Origin: Eledone cirrhosa
Taxonomy: Eukaryota
Length of the DNA: 64,000 nucleotides
Direction: 5' to 3'
Assembly: GCA_964016885.1 (NCBI GenBank)
Contig: CAXHJY010001237.1
Span: forward strand, 1-64,000
The position numbers were made by a program, and so were the translations under genes. The notes beneath the pieces were generated by a model. That model searched no databases, had not been told where the DNA came from, and was given only the letters and a program-made list of their open reading frames with translations. This document shows, in pieces, positions 37,374 to 49,689 of this stretch (the stretch's first letter is position 1; the number at the start of each line of letters is the position of its first letter).

Positions 37374-38915
37374 CATCATCATCATCATCATCAACGTTTA
37401 ACGTCCGTGTTCCACGCTTGCATGGGTTTGGACGGGGGTAGTCCCACTTGAGGCAAGAGTGATTGTCTTGCTCGCATAGGACTGTCTGGCAGGTTTTCTA
37501 CAGTTGGATGCCCTTCCTAACACCAACCACATTTACAGTGTGGATCTGGGAGGTTTTTACTGTGTTGCCTACACGGCCACATTACAGCGTGGACTGTGTG
37601 TTTTTTTGTCGTGACACCTACACGATCTCGTTTGTTTCGGCCTGGATGGCGCGGCACCAACATAACTTTACATGGAACGGGGTGGTGTGGATGGGGTGGG
37701 GGTGGTGGCGGGACGGGGTGTAGTTTGTTAGAGATGCCTACTGGCAAGGCGGGTCTTCTCTGTTACTGAGTACCGCCAAAGGTCACGGTCCAGTGACATT
37801 GTCTTGGAGAGGTGTAAGTGTATGAGGTCGGAGTTTATCAGCTCATCCCATGTTTTTCTAGGTCTGCCTATTCCGTGGCTACCGTCTATCTTTATTGCCC
37901 TGCACTTTGTAATACAGCTATCGACTTTCATGCGCATCACGTGTCCATACCAACGCAGCCTTCTCTCGAGTAAACATCTGATCCCTCTTATCTCTAATTT
38001 TTTCCTTAGTTCGTTTATGCTTTGCCGTTCACGTATATTACTGTTACACATCCAGCGGAGCATGCAAGCTTCGTTCCTCTCTAGTCTGCGTATATCCTCT
38101 GCACACAATGCCCAGGTCTCACTACCATGCAACATTGCTGTTCGTATGCAGGCATCGTACAACCTGCCTTTCATTTTTAGGGAGAACCCTTTAGCAGCTA
38201 ATAGTGGTATAAGCTCTCTGAACTTTTTCCAACCAGTTCTGACTCTAGCTACAGTACTTTCAGAGCACCCTCCCCCACTGCTGATTTTATCGCCCAGGTA
38301 ACGGAAGCTGTCCACTATTTCTATAGAACCCTCTGCGCAATTGAAAGAGCTAGTATTTTGTGGGCACTTGCTGCTACTTATTGCACCAGAACATCGGCCA
38401 CATGTAAAGTCTATGTTCTTAGTTAGCTTACCTGTGATCCCACTACATCTTTTATGCACCCATACTTTGCATTTAGGACATAAGATGGAGTTTCTACCTA
38501 CGCCTTTCCTACATACCGAGCACGACCATTTCCCAGAAGGGACCGCCGCCTTGTTTTCTTTCCTACAAACTAGAACTTTGGTCTTAGCCAGGTTAATTTT
38601 AAGTCCTTTTGACTCTAGGCCGTGCTTCCATGTTTGGAATTTCTTCTCTAGCTCGGCCATTGATTCCGCTATGAGTGTCAGGTCGTCTGTGTATAGGAGT
38701 TCCCATGGGCAGCCTGTCTTGAACTCCTCTGTTATAGCCTGAAGGGCAATAATAAATAGTAGGGGGCTGAGAACAGAGCCCTGATGGACGCCAACTTTTA
38801 CGCTAAACTCTTCACTATATTCGTTGTTAATTCTAACCTTGCTGACTGTTTCTTTATACATGGCTTGTATAGCCCTCACAAGCCATTCGTCAACGCCTAG
38901 TTTTCTAAGAGCCAT
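37374..38915 (-). mobile_element. 5'-truncated RTE-clade non-LTR retrotransposon
   Basis: (GAT)n tail (catcat on + at 37374-37392), 3' UTR, then an uninterrupted ORF2 C-terminal half; truncated at a (TA)n tract. Confidence 0.93.
37728..38915 (-). pseudogene. RTE ORF2 C-terminal half: reverse transcriptase with an inserted PHD finger and the RTE C-terminal region
   Basis: Motifs GVHQGSVLSPLLF, LLYTDDL (usually YADD), INLAKTKVL, FRYLG, LHGSETW, RRLRWYGHVMRM, GRPRKTW. No endonuclease domain; the first residues of the track ORF (to 38957) come from microsatellite. Confidence 0.92.
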
Positions 38916-38971
38916 ATATATATACATATACACATATATATACATATTTATATACACATATTTATATACAC

Positions 38972-39004
<33 letters not shown>

Positions 39005-39646
39005 CGGAGTAGGCAGACCCAGAAAAACGTGGGACGAGCTGATAAATTCCGACCTCACACGCTTACACCTCTCCAAGACAATGTCACTGGACCGAGACCT
39101 TTGGCAGTACTCAGTAATAGAGAAGACCCGCCTTACCTAAATACAAAGTAAAAACCTACTACAGTCAGTAGGCATCTCTATCAAAACACACCCCCGTCCC
39201 ACCACCTCCACCCCACCCACACCGCCCCTTTCAATGTAAAGTTATGTTGGTCCCACAACATCCAGGCCGAAACAAATGAGATCGTGTAGGTGTCACGACA
39301 AAAAACACACAGTCCACGCTGTAAATGTGGCCGTGTAGGCAACACGGTAAAAACCTCCCAGCCCCACACTGTAAATGTGGTTGGTGTTAGGAAGGGCATC
39401 CAGCTGTAGAAAACCCGCCAGACAGTCCACGCTGTAATGTGGCCGTGTAGGCAGCACGGTAAAAGCCTCCCAGCCCCACACTGTAAATGTGGTTGGTGTT
39501 AGGAAGGGCATCCAACTGTAGAAAACCCGCCAGACAGTCCTATGCGAGCAAGACAACCACTCTTGCCTCAAGTGGGAAAACCCCCGTCCAAACCCATGCA
39601 AGCATGGAACACGGACGCTAAACCTGATGATGATGATGATGATGAT
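39005..39646 (+). mobile_element. Second 5'-truncated copy of the same RTE family, opposite orientation
   Basis: Encodes GVGRPRKTWDELINSDLTRLHLSKTMSLDRDLWQYSV; carries a roughly 28-bp insertion and a 110-120-bp tandem duplication in the 3' UTR; (GAT)n tail. Confidence 0.92.
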
Positions 39647-40294
39647 ATACACACACACACACACACGTGCATTTATGAATGCATTTCCCTCTGAACATTG
39701 TTTTGTGTATTGAATGGAAGGAAGAGATGTGGAAGAGCGTGTGTGTATATGTATATATATATGTGTGTGTATGTAACAAAGAAGGAAAAGAAACAATGGC
39801 CCAAATTCTCACAAGTTTAGAATAAAGTCATGGAAAATACATTATTATTATTATTCATATTGCTATTCGTATGTATGCCTGCTAATTATATATAAACTCA
39901 CCACTGGCTTTTCAGTTTGATGGAGATTAATAATATATGCAGACCAAATTGTTCCCATATGTCCATAAAAGAAGTAAGTGTATGTGTTCATGTGTGTATA
40001 AAAACATTCTATATTTTAACTTTGCTTCACCAGTTTCTACATACACCCTGCTCTCAACCCCTAACCCCACCCCCCAAAAACCCGGCCAACCCTCACAATT
40101 GAGTATGACTTGGTCATATTTAGCATGCATTCACCAAGAGTTATATGTTCCCAGGCAGCCATGATCAGATACAGACACCCTTCAGGCACCTCTTTGACTC
40201 ATTCTGCCAGCATCCCCTTCCAACATGCCCTTCCTTGATATATCAGAACATCCATTTTTTTATTTTTTTGAATGACAGAATTGTTACAAGCATT

Positions 40295-40470
40295 AGGGCA
40301 GTAGATTTGGCAGAATCTTGAGGGCATTGGACAAAATACTTTGGACTGTTTGTTCCAGTCCTTTACATTCCTGAGTTCAAGTCCTGTCATGGTGATCTTT
40401 GTCTTTCATCATTCCAGGGTTCATATAATCAACTTTCTCCTCCTCTTCAAATTGCTTAATTAGAAATAAA
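40295..40470 (+). mobile_element. SINE family 3 (degenerate)
   Basis: gatttggcagaatc...ggacaaaatac...ctgagttcaagtcc...tttgtctttcatc. Confidence 0.65.
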
Positions 40471-41135
40471 TTAGTTTGTAAATCATCCCCATTTTATGTC
40501 AATTTTTCCATGCTAGCATGGGTTAGACGGGTTGTCCTGTTGTGGCAATGCTAGGTCCGGTGACCATGTCTTGCACATACAGAACTGATTTTGGCTTGGA
40601 TGCTATTCCTAAAACCTCATTTTCAGTGAGTACTGGGTGCTTTTTGACCCAGTATAGTGGTTGGTGATAGGAAATGCATCCAGCCATAGAAAACATGCCA
40701 AAAATGGAACCTCTCCCATGTGGAAAACTGGCATATGATGGTGACAGACCATGACGATGATGATGATGAAAAGGTTACTAGATGGAATGAGAGAGGTAGA
40801 GATACTTATGAAAAATTAGTTTTATCCCTCTATTTTGAACATCAACAGGTGTGTGTGTGTGTGTGAACAATTAACATGTTCCTTTGTTCTATTGTCTACT
40901 GTGGTTTTTGTTTGTTTTAGGTATAAGTGGTTTGCTATAGTTCTTAACTGTTTCACATCTGACTTTTAATCTCTGTCATTTTTAAGCGCACATACACACA
41001 CACTTCATATCTTTCACTATCACAGACACTTGCACTTAAGCTCATTCTCATTCTCTATCTTTCTCTCTATCTCTCTATCTTTCTCTCTATCTTTCTCTCT
41101 CTTTCTCACTCTCTCTCGCTCTCTCTCTCTCTTTC

Positions 41136-41250
41136 ATCATTGTTTAATGTCTATCTTCCACGCTAGCATGGGTTTAGACGGGAATTGTCCCACTTGAGGC
41201 AAGATTGGTCGGGAGACTGTCTCGCTCGTATAGGACTGTCTGGCAGGTTT
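41136..41250 (-). mobile_element. RTE 3' end fragment
   Basis: Matches 37385-37498 (cccacttgaggcaaga...taggactgtctggcaggtttt); lies between (CT)n and (TA)n. Confidence 0.85.
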
Positions 41251-41397
41251 TATATATATATGGAAATGCACACACATGTACTCCACCTCCACTCTCTGAT
41301 AGACAAACACCCACATACACCTGTAATTTCTCACTTTCACAAAATTTCTCTTACACACACACACACACACACACTTGGGATTTGGGTAAGGAGATAG

Positions 41398-41990
41398 ATG
41401 GTGGTGGTGTATTGTAGTGGACTATATGGTGGTGGTGTATTGTAGTGGACTATATGGTGGTGGTGGTGTATTGGAGTGGACTGTGGTGGTGGTGTATTGT
41501 AGCGGACTATATGGTGGTGGTGGTGTATTGTAGTGGACTATATGGTGGTGGTGGTGTATTGTAGTGGACTATATGGTGGTGGTGGTGTATTGTAGTGGAC
41601 TATATGGTGGTGGTGGTGTATTGTAGTGGACTATATGGTGGTGGTGGTGTATTGTAGTGGACTATATGGTGGTGGTGGTGTATTGTAGCGGACTATATGG
41701 TGGTGGTGGTGGTGTATTGTAGTGGACTATATGGTGGTGGTGGTGTATTGTAGTGGACTATATGGTGGTGGTGGTGTATTGGAGTGGACTATATGGTGGT
41801 GGTGGTGGTGGTGTATTGTAGCGGACTATATGGTGGTGGTGGTGTATTGGAGTGGACTATATGGTGGTGGTGGTGGTGTATTGTAGCGGACTATATGGTG
41901 GTGGTGGTGTATTGTAGTGGACTATATGGTGGTGGTGGTGTATTGGAGTGGACTATATGGTGGTGGTGGTGATGTATTTTAGTGGACTGA
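41398..41990. repeat. Minisatellite of about 31 bp, (ggt)n-gtattgtagtggactatat
   Basis: Roughly 19 units with variable (ggt) number and tag/gag, tgg/cgg variants. Confidence 0.95.
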
Positions 41991-42237
41991 CTATTAACTC
42001 TAACTGTTGCTCCAGTTTTAGATTAGTAACACTTCGACCTTTGACCCCAAATATTTTCCCTAATTATTGGTTCAACAGATGAAATCATTGCAGCCTTCTG
42101 TTGTTACAAGACAGGAGAGACAAATTAAATTGTCCAGCTGTTTCAGTTTTATGATGTTTTTGTTTATATTTAGCAGCCTACTGTTATCAATACATACCTA
42201 ACCTTCATTTCTAAAGTAGTTATATATATATATAACT

Positions 42238-42550
42238 GAAGGTACATGGCTTAGTGGTTAGTGTTGGGATTACAATCGTCGGGTTGTGAGTTCTCTTCCC
42301 GGACCAGGCGGTGAGTTGTTTCCTTGAGCAGACACTTTATTTCACATTGCTCCAGTTTACTCAGCTGTAGAAATAAGTTGTGATGTCACTGATGCCAAAC
42401 TGTATCAGCCATTGCCATGGACAACATCAGTGGTATGGAGGGGGGAGGCTGCTATGCATGGGTGACTGCTGGTCTTCCACAAAAACACCTTGCCCAAGCT
42501 TTGTACCTTGTGGGAAGGACTCGTGGTCATTTGGGACCTAAACCAGTTTT
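42238..42550 (+). mobile_element. tRNA-derived SINE with a different 3' body
   Basis: gaaggtacatggcttagtggttag head, then ccttgagcagacactttatttcacattgctccagtttactcagctgtagaaat. Confidence 0.75.
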
Positions 42551-43604
42551 ACAGAGGTAATAATTGTTTCTACTTTTGGCAGATGGCCAGCAATTTGAAA
42601 GGAAGGGGAAATCCCCTCCAAATTCTCAATTATTTCTAAAATTATTTGAAAGTCCCAGCCCATTTTTTTTTTTGTCTTGTTTTTAATTGTATTTCATGAA
42701 TTTTAAATAGAAAACTCAGGACGGTTTTATGAGAGGTTAATATTCATGTGACAGATGGATTAAAAAGATTGAACATAATTAGTATATAATAGATTTTTAA
42801 ACAAGATTTATATTTATCAATTTTTTTCCCTTTATGTTGCTTTTATATATATATTTTTTTATTTAGTTAAAGGAAGCCAAGTGGTTTTGTTAAACACCTA
42901 TATTCACAGGTTATAAAAATATCTGAATCACCCTTCCTCCTTGTTTATCCAGAAAATATTTAGAAATGTTACTCATGGGAACTTGCATTACTTTAAGCTT
43001 TACATTATCTGATGTGGATATTAAATAGAACTTCCCACTGTAAATTCATAAGTTACTAGTTATGAGAGAATCATATCTTAGATACCAACCCAACAAAACT
43101 GTTTTTAAGTATTTATATTTATCTAAAAACCTATCGTAATTTTATGTAAGAATCTGTTATGTTCCAAACACCAACTTAACTTTTGATACCAAAGCCCCTG
43201 AAAAATCTCTGTTTCTATAATAGAAAACTGCTTATTTTAAAGTGTTTATATTTATGTAAAAATCTTCCATCAGCATTTTATGTAAGAACTATTATGTTGC
43301 CACTCACTGTCACATTGAATCTCCCTGAGAACTACACACAGGGGGCATGGGTTTATGGAATGGTCATCTACTTGCATATTAATTTCACAATCAAGCTATT
43401 CTGTTGTTTGAATAACTGTAAAACTCATCAGCAGTTGGCGGTCCAACAACAGTATAGCTTCTTTTCTTTATGATCTAATCAGTTATCCAAACAATGTATT
43501 CCCTAGACCAATTATCCAAACAAAACACTCTCCACCTGTCCCTTTTAGATAATTAGGGTCTAAACTGTAATGAGATTATCATTTGTTTTTCTCAAATTGT
43601 ATAT

Positions 43605-43800
43605 GAAGGCACATGGTTTAGTGGCTAGGGTGGTAAATTTGTAATCATAAGACCATGAGCTCAATTCCTGGTCTGCTTGGAGTATTGTGTTGAGCAAGAC
43701 AATTTATTTCTTGTTGCTTTTCATGGTGGGACTGTGGTCCCCTATAGGTAAACCATCTGAGAAACCTATGAGGTACATAGTAAGAGTCCAGCTAAACCTA
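43605..43800 (+). mobile_element. tRNA-derived SINE (degenerate)
   Basis: gaaggcacatggtttagtggctagggtg...ctcaattcctgg...ttgagcaagac. Confidence 0.65.
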
Positions 43801-44952
43801 CATAGGTGTGAGCTTTTCATATATATTTCTCAGGGTTTATATCAAATATATGGCTGAGAGGATTCTTTAGTTGTGTCAAGGGCACAGCAACCTCCTTAGT
43901 GCTGGTGTCACAATAAACTGCACCTAATACACTCTGTAAAATGCAGAAACATACATAATTAAGATGGAGGGGTCCACCTGCTTGTCTGAAAGGTCTAGCT
44001 CCAATGAATTATTTAGTATGTGTGTGTCACCTCCACCTGCTCCTATCCAATTTATGCTAGCATAGAAAAAGAGAAAATTAAATATTCATGATGATGATGA
44101 TGATGATATCATTGTATATATGTATTTGTAGGACCAGGTAACCTTAGTATTGAGTCTACGTTCAGTATTTATTGTATTACTTTGTGTCAATAGTTAATCT
44201 TCCTTATTTCCGTTGTTTATATAAGGAAGAGAGCAAGCAGTAGCTTTAACTTTGTCATGTGTATATATATATATGTGTGTGTCACAAAAGGTTTTCTTAA
44301 AGTGTGTTTCTGGTTGAAAGATCACATTTAGAAGTTTTGGGATAAAACCTGTCTATAAAGTAAATTTATTCTATGGCCTTGGACTTGTTTGACCTGTATG
44401 GAATATAAACAAAACAACAAAACATATATCGGTTAACAAAAAAATGAACATCAATGTTTGGTAATAGCAATGAATAGTATTCACTGGACTGTGGTTAAAG
44501 TGTAGGACTAGTTATCATAAGGTTATAAGTTCAACTCCTTAAACAGGTAACCATTTGCCATGGGTGAAATAAAACAATGAAACATATATGTAAAGTATAA
44601 TATGGAAAGTGATATAATGCAAAATGGACAGTAAGATGAGGGTAATGAAAAAGTAAGTTACCTGGTAATCTTTTTTTTGTTTGTTTTTTTGCTGTTTCTT
44701 TTGTCTTAATATTTCGGGACTTAAAGGTTAAAAAAAGGAACAATGCTTTGTAATAGCAGTAAATAATATTGATATGACACTGGTTAGTTTGTTGGATTCA
44801 TGATCTTAAGGTTATGGGTTTGATGAAATAAAGTACCAGTTTAGTACTGGGGGTTGATCAATCAATTGTTTCACACTCCAAATTGCTGGCCTTGTGCCTA
44901 AATTAGAAATCATTGATAAAAGCTGGTGGATTGGCACAACTGTTAGTGTTAA

Positions 44953-45498
44953 CCCTTTATCATTTAAACCGGCCGTGCCCGGCCAGAATTCTCTCACCTA
45001 TTTCTGTTCAAACCAGCTGCTCATACTTATGTATTGTTCTTAAAATAGATATCAAAATCTCGTAGATTCAATATTATGCAAGATAGTTATGTGAGGTAAA
45101 GCCTTTACCATGAAAATACAATAGTATATATAGAGTCATCATCATCATCATCATTTTACGTCCACTTTTCCCTGCTTGCAAGGGTGGGACGGGAACTGAT
45201 TTTGGCTTGATTTCTACAGCTGGATGCCCTTCCTAACACCAACCTCATTTACAGTGAGTGCTGGGTGCTTTTTTGCCGTGGCACCTTCACGACCACTTTG
45301 CAGTGGAATGATAGGGACCCCAGTCCCTATCATCTCATTTCTACAGCTGAGTAAACTGGAGCAATGTGAAATAAAGTGTCTTGCTCAAGGAAACAACACA
45401 TCACCCAGTCTGAGAATTGAACTCACAACCTTTCGATTGCAAGGCCAATGCTCTAACCACTAAGCCATGTGCCTCCATGTAATGTAAATGTTAAAGGG
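44953..45498 (+). mobile_element. piggyBac-like MITE family A interrupted by a minus-strand SINE/RTE-tail insert (about 45137-45478)
   Basis: TTAA|ccctttatcatttaaac ... aatgttaaaggg|TTAA; the insert splits the MITE sequence tagagt/aatgtaaatg. Confidence 0.8.
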
Positions 45499-46811
45499 TT
45501 AAAAAAAATGATTTGCAATATGATGGCTTACTGTTTTCTAACCCAGTTTTATTTATTTATTTATTTACTTTCTTTTGCTCTTTTACTGGTTTCAGTCATT
45601 GGACTGTGGCTATACTGGGACACTGCCTAGAAGGAGTTTAGTTGATTATATTGACTCCAGTGTTTATTTTATTGAAATCTATTTGTTAAACCATTACATT
45701 GCAGGCCTAAGGTTACCAAGTGGTGGGACTGAACCCCAGACCATTCTGAAGCAAGCACCTTAACCATACCACACACACAGCCATGCTTGTACCTAATATA
45801 TATATATGATTATTATTATCTATTATATATATATTTATTTATTCATATATATATATATATATTTATTTATTTATTTGTGTATTTATTAATTTTGCTAAAT
45901 CAAAATGTTTTTGATGCCAAAAAACCTATTTTGTACAACATATCTGGCAAATAGAAATTTTTCTTTTAACCATTTCACCATATAATTTGATTGCGAGGGT
46001 TGGCAACTTGAGCGACTGAAAGAGATTGGAATATAAATGTTATGTGCATATGTATGTGGTGTGTAATATTGTAGTAAATGGCTGTGGTGGTGGTGGTGGT
46101 GGTGGTGTAGTGGTGTTATCACAATTACTATACAACTGTCCTAATTCCCTACATTTTATATCTAACTCAAGTACATCTTTTTAAAATAATTTTTTTCTTT
46201 TTCATGTACGAAGAATTTCCCACCACTCTGTACATGCTTGCCTGTTTGGGAGCTTGTTTGTTTAAGGTCTAGCCTCTTTTCTGCTCACTAGCTTTACTTA
46301 GCCCTTTAACCTCCCCCTCCCTCCTTATACATACTGATGTACACACACTTTGGCATTCTTCTTGTTTTCTGGCTATCTATAAAAGCTATGCCTCTAATTA
46401 TATGGCTGTGTGGTTGAGAAGTTTACCTTGGAACATTGTATTTTGAGGTACTATGTCTCTACGTTGCATCTTATGCAAGGCTTTTCATTAATCAGTCTTG
46501 TGAATTAACATTTCTGATACGAAACCACCTGAAAAAACCCCTGATTCTATAATACTAAGCTATAAATCTTTAGATTATCTATGTTCTAAACACCAATTTA
46601 ATGGGTAAGTTAGTTACAATATTTGATGGCTTATAAGACCTACTTTTTTTTTCAAAATATGTCCCAGAAAATCACCCCACATCTTATAAGGTCAAGGGTT
46701 AGTTTGGGTTATTAACTAGTTGATTTCTAGTGCTGCAGTGGCCCTTAAATTAAATTTTCACACCACCTTATGTTTTCAAAATGTACTAAAATTCTAGAAC
46801 TACAGCATAGA

Positions 46812-46922
46812 ATCATCATCACTGTTTACGTCCATTCTTCCACGCTAGCATGGGTTAGACGGGTTGTCCTGTTGTGGGCAGTGTCCGGTCGGCTGACCTT
46901 GTCTTGCTCATACAGGAACTGA
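46812..46922 (-). mobile_element. RTE 3' end fragment (subfamily 2)
   Basis: Reverse complement of 55280-55385. Confidence 0.85.
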
Positions 46923-47489
46923 ATGATAATAATTTAAAAAAATACAATATACAAACTTTATACCTTCAACCTGACATTTATAGTTAAAACCTATTTATTT
47001 TAAATGCCTGCCCCAAATGAGATGCAAATTCTAAGCCTATGTATCAAAGCTGTCAAATTTGGCATATTATTTTCAAAATGAGTTGAAAATCGTAAGCAGT
47101 AGAAATATGGAGACTATGATGAAACCCATCATATCATCATTTAATATCTTGGGGGTTTTTTTCATGCTGGTATGGGTTGGGCAGGTTGTTACACTAAAAG
47201 TGAGTTTGTTTTAGATCAAATTTTTCTCCATGGATAGTACTTAAGCTGAGCTACTGTCAAGCTAGATGGTTCAAGGACCATATCTCACAATACAATCTAG
47301 TTTTGTGTGTGTGTCTGTGTGTGCATATGAGTGTTTATGTGTGCCAGTAACATTTATTTTTAAAATGCCAGTAGTGACATTTGTTTATGTCCTTCAAAAA
47401 CTATGTCCTGCAGTATAATGGTTTCATGAACCATTATACTGCAGGACATTATATTATATTTTTAAAAAAAAACATGAATTGGTATCGAG

Positions 47490-47640
47490 AATCTCTTTCT
47501 CTCTTTGTCTCTCTCTTTGTCTCTTTCTCCCTCTCTCTTTCTCCCTCTCTCTCTCTTCCTCTTTGTCTCTTTCTCCCTCTCTCTCTTCCTCTCCCTCTTT
47601 CTCTTCCTCCCCTCTCCTCTTTCTCTCTCTCTCACACTCG
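47490..47640. repeat. Degenerate (CT)n tract
   Basis: Direct reading. Confidence 0.9.
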
Positions 47641-47956
47641 CACACATATATAATGAGGCATACACAGTCTTTCACATTAATACGTATATAGACATAACTA
47701 CATACACTATATAAAATTGTTTCATCTCAGAAACAGTTGATTCAATAATGGGTAGACTTTTTTGTTTAATTTTCATATATTTGTTACTCTATATTTTTTT
47801 TATTCATTTTTAAAATTTATACAACAAAACAGTGATCATGGTGGGTGTGGGTGATGGTTCCCCCTCCCTCCACTGACTACAATGTTGCAAATTTAAGGGT
47901 TCAAATGATATTAATTTATCAATCAAAAATTAGCCTTTTGTTTAAATTTATTTTAC

Positions 47957-48737
47957 TGTGTGTGTGTATATGTGCATATGTATGTGTGTGTATATGTGCA
48001 TATGTATGTGTGTGTATATATATATATATATGTGTATATGTTTATATATATCTGTATTTATGTCTGTATGTTTATATATATCTGTGTGTATGTTTATATA
48101 TCTGTATGTATGTATGTGTGTGTATGTTTATATATATGTATGTGTATGTATGTTTATATATATCTATGTATATGTGTGTTTATATATAAATATATATATC
48201 TGTATGTATATGTATGTATGTTTATATATATATCTATGTATATGTATGTTTATATATATATGTGTATGTATATATTTATATGTATATGTGTGTATGTATA
48301 TGTGTGTGTGTTTATGCATATATTTGTTTTTAGTATCATGTATATTTTTAATTTTTTTTATCTTCTCTTCCCATCTATGGTTTGTATTGTTTAGAAAATA
48401 TGAATTTTGAAACTAAATTATTCAACAATCTCGCTCTCGCTCTCTCTCTGTGTGTATGTGTGCTGTATGCATGTTATATATATATATACACACACACACA
48501 CAAATACACATATGTGTTGTTAGTGTGCATATGTAATGGGTATGTGTGTGTAAAGGGTGTGTAGTGTATGCATATGTGTGGTGTGTGTGGTATACAAATG
48601 TATGTGTAAAGGGTGTGTATGTATATACATATGCGTGTGTGTATGTACATATGCGTGTGTGTGTATGTAATGTGTGTGTAAAGGGTGTGTATGTATTGTA
48701 TGTGTAAAGGGTGTGTGTGTTATAATGTATATATATA

Positions 48738-48772
<35 letters not shown>

Positions 48773-48820
48773 GGGTGTGTAGTGTATATGTCTGCGTGTT
48801 ATGATATGTGTATGTGTAGA
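47957..48820. repeat. Degenerate TA/TG low-complexity region
   Basis: Direct reading. Confidence 0.85.
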
Positions 48821-49101
48821 CTAAGTGGTTTTGTCTTTTGATGTAGAATACAAACCTATGTCATTTCTCAACTGCAAATATAGGATTTCATATTCAAAAT
48901 AACTCTTCATTCACAGATGGTATATTTGTGTGTTTCTATGTGTGTGTTTGACTGTGTGTGTCTGTATGTGTGTTTATATGTGTGTTTGACTGTATTTGTG
49001 TGTTTGACTGCGTGTGTGTGTTTGACTCTGTGTGTATGACTGTGTGTGTGTGTTTCTAAATGTTTGTGTGTGTGTCTGTATTTGTGTTTGTAGATGTGTG
49101 T

Positions 49102-49146
<45 letters not shown>

Positions 49147-49150
<4 letters not shown>

Positions 49151-49188
49151 TTCTGTTTAGAAAAACAGAGCCTCACTTTCACTTACAC

Positions 49189-49232
<44 letters not shown>

Positions 49233-49272
49233 GTGTAAGTGAAAGTGAGGCTGTTTTTCTAAACAGAATGCA
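49147..49272. repeat. Near-perfect palindrome: 44/42-bp arms around (AT)20
   Basis: tgcattctgtttagaaaaacag(ag)cctcactttcacttacaccc-(at)20-gggtgtaagtgaaagtgaggctgtttttctaaacagaatgca. Confidence 0.95.
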
Positions 49273-49602
49273 ATTCTGCATGTAAACTATATATTTGTTG
49301 TTGTTGTTTGTTATTGTATCAACAACAACAATAAGAATAACAGTCAGTTGATAAATTGTTTATCATTTTCTCACTGATTTAATGGAACGGTGAAACGATT
49401 CCACAAAGTTGTCTTTGATGTTTTGTTCACTTCAATCAAATTCTTTCCAGTTAATGTCATAACTGTTTGGAGTAGTTTGCATAAGAGACATACTCTCACA
49501 CACACTCTCACACTTTCATACACATGTGTGTATATATTTGGGTGTATATATATATATATATATATGTGTGTGGGTGTGGATGTGTGTATATATATGTGTA
49601 TG

Positions 49603-49656
<54 letters not shown>

Positions 49657-49689
49657 CAAGCAGGGAAGAGCGGACGTATGATGATGGTG

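Noticed and set aside
37804-38742. Plus-strand ORFs of 165 and 133 aa
   Set aside because: Antisense shadows of the RTE ORF2.
41398-41990. Regular repeat array superficially like CRISPR
   Set aside because: No unique spacers (only variable ggt runs), eukaryotic context and no cas genes.
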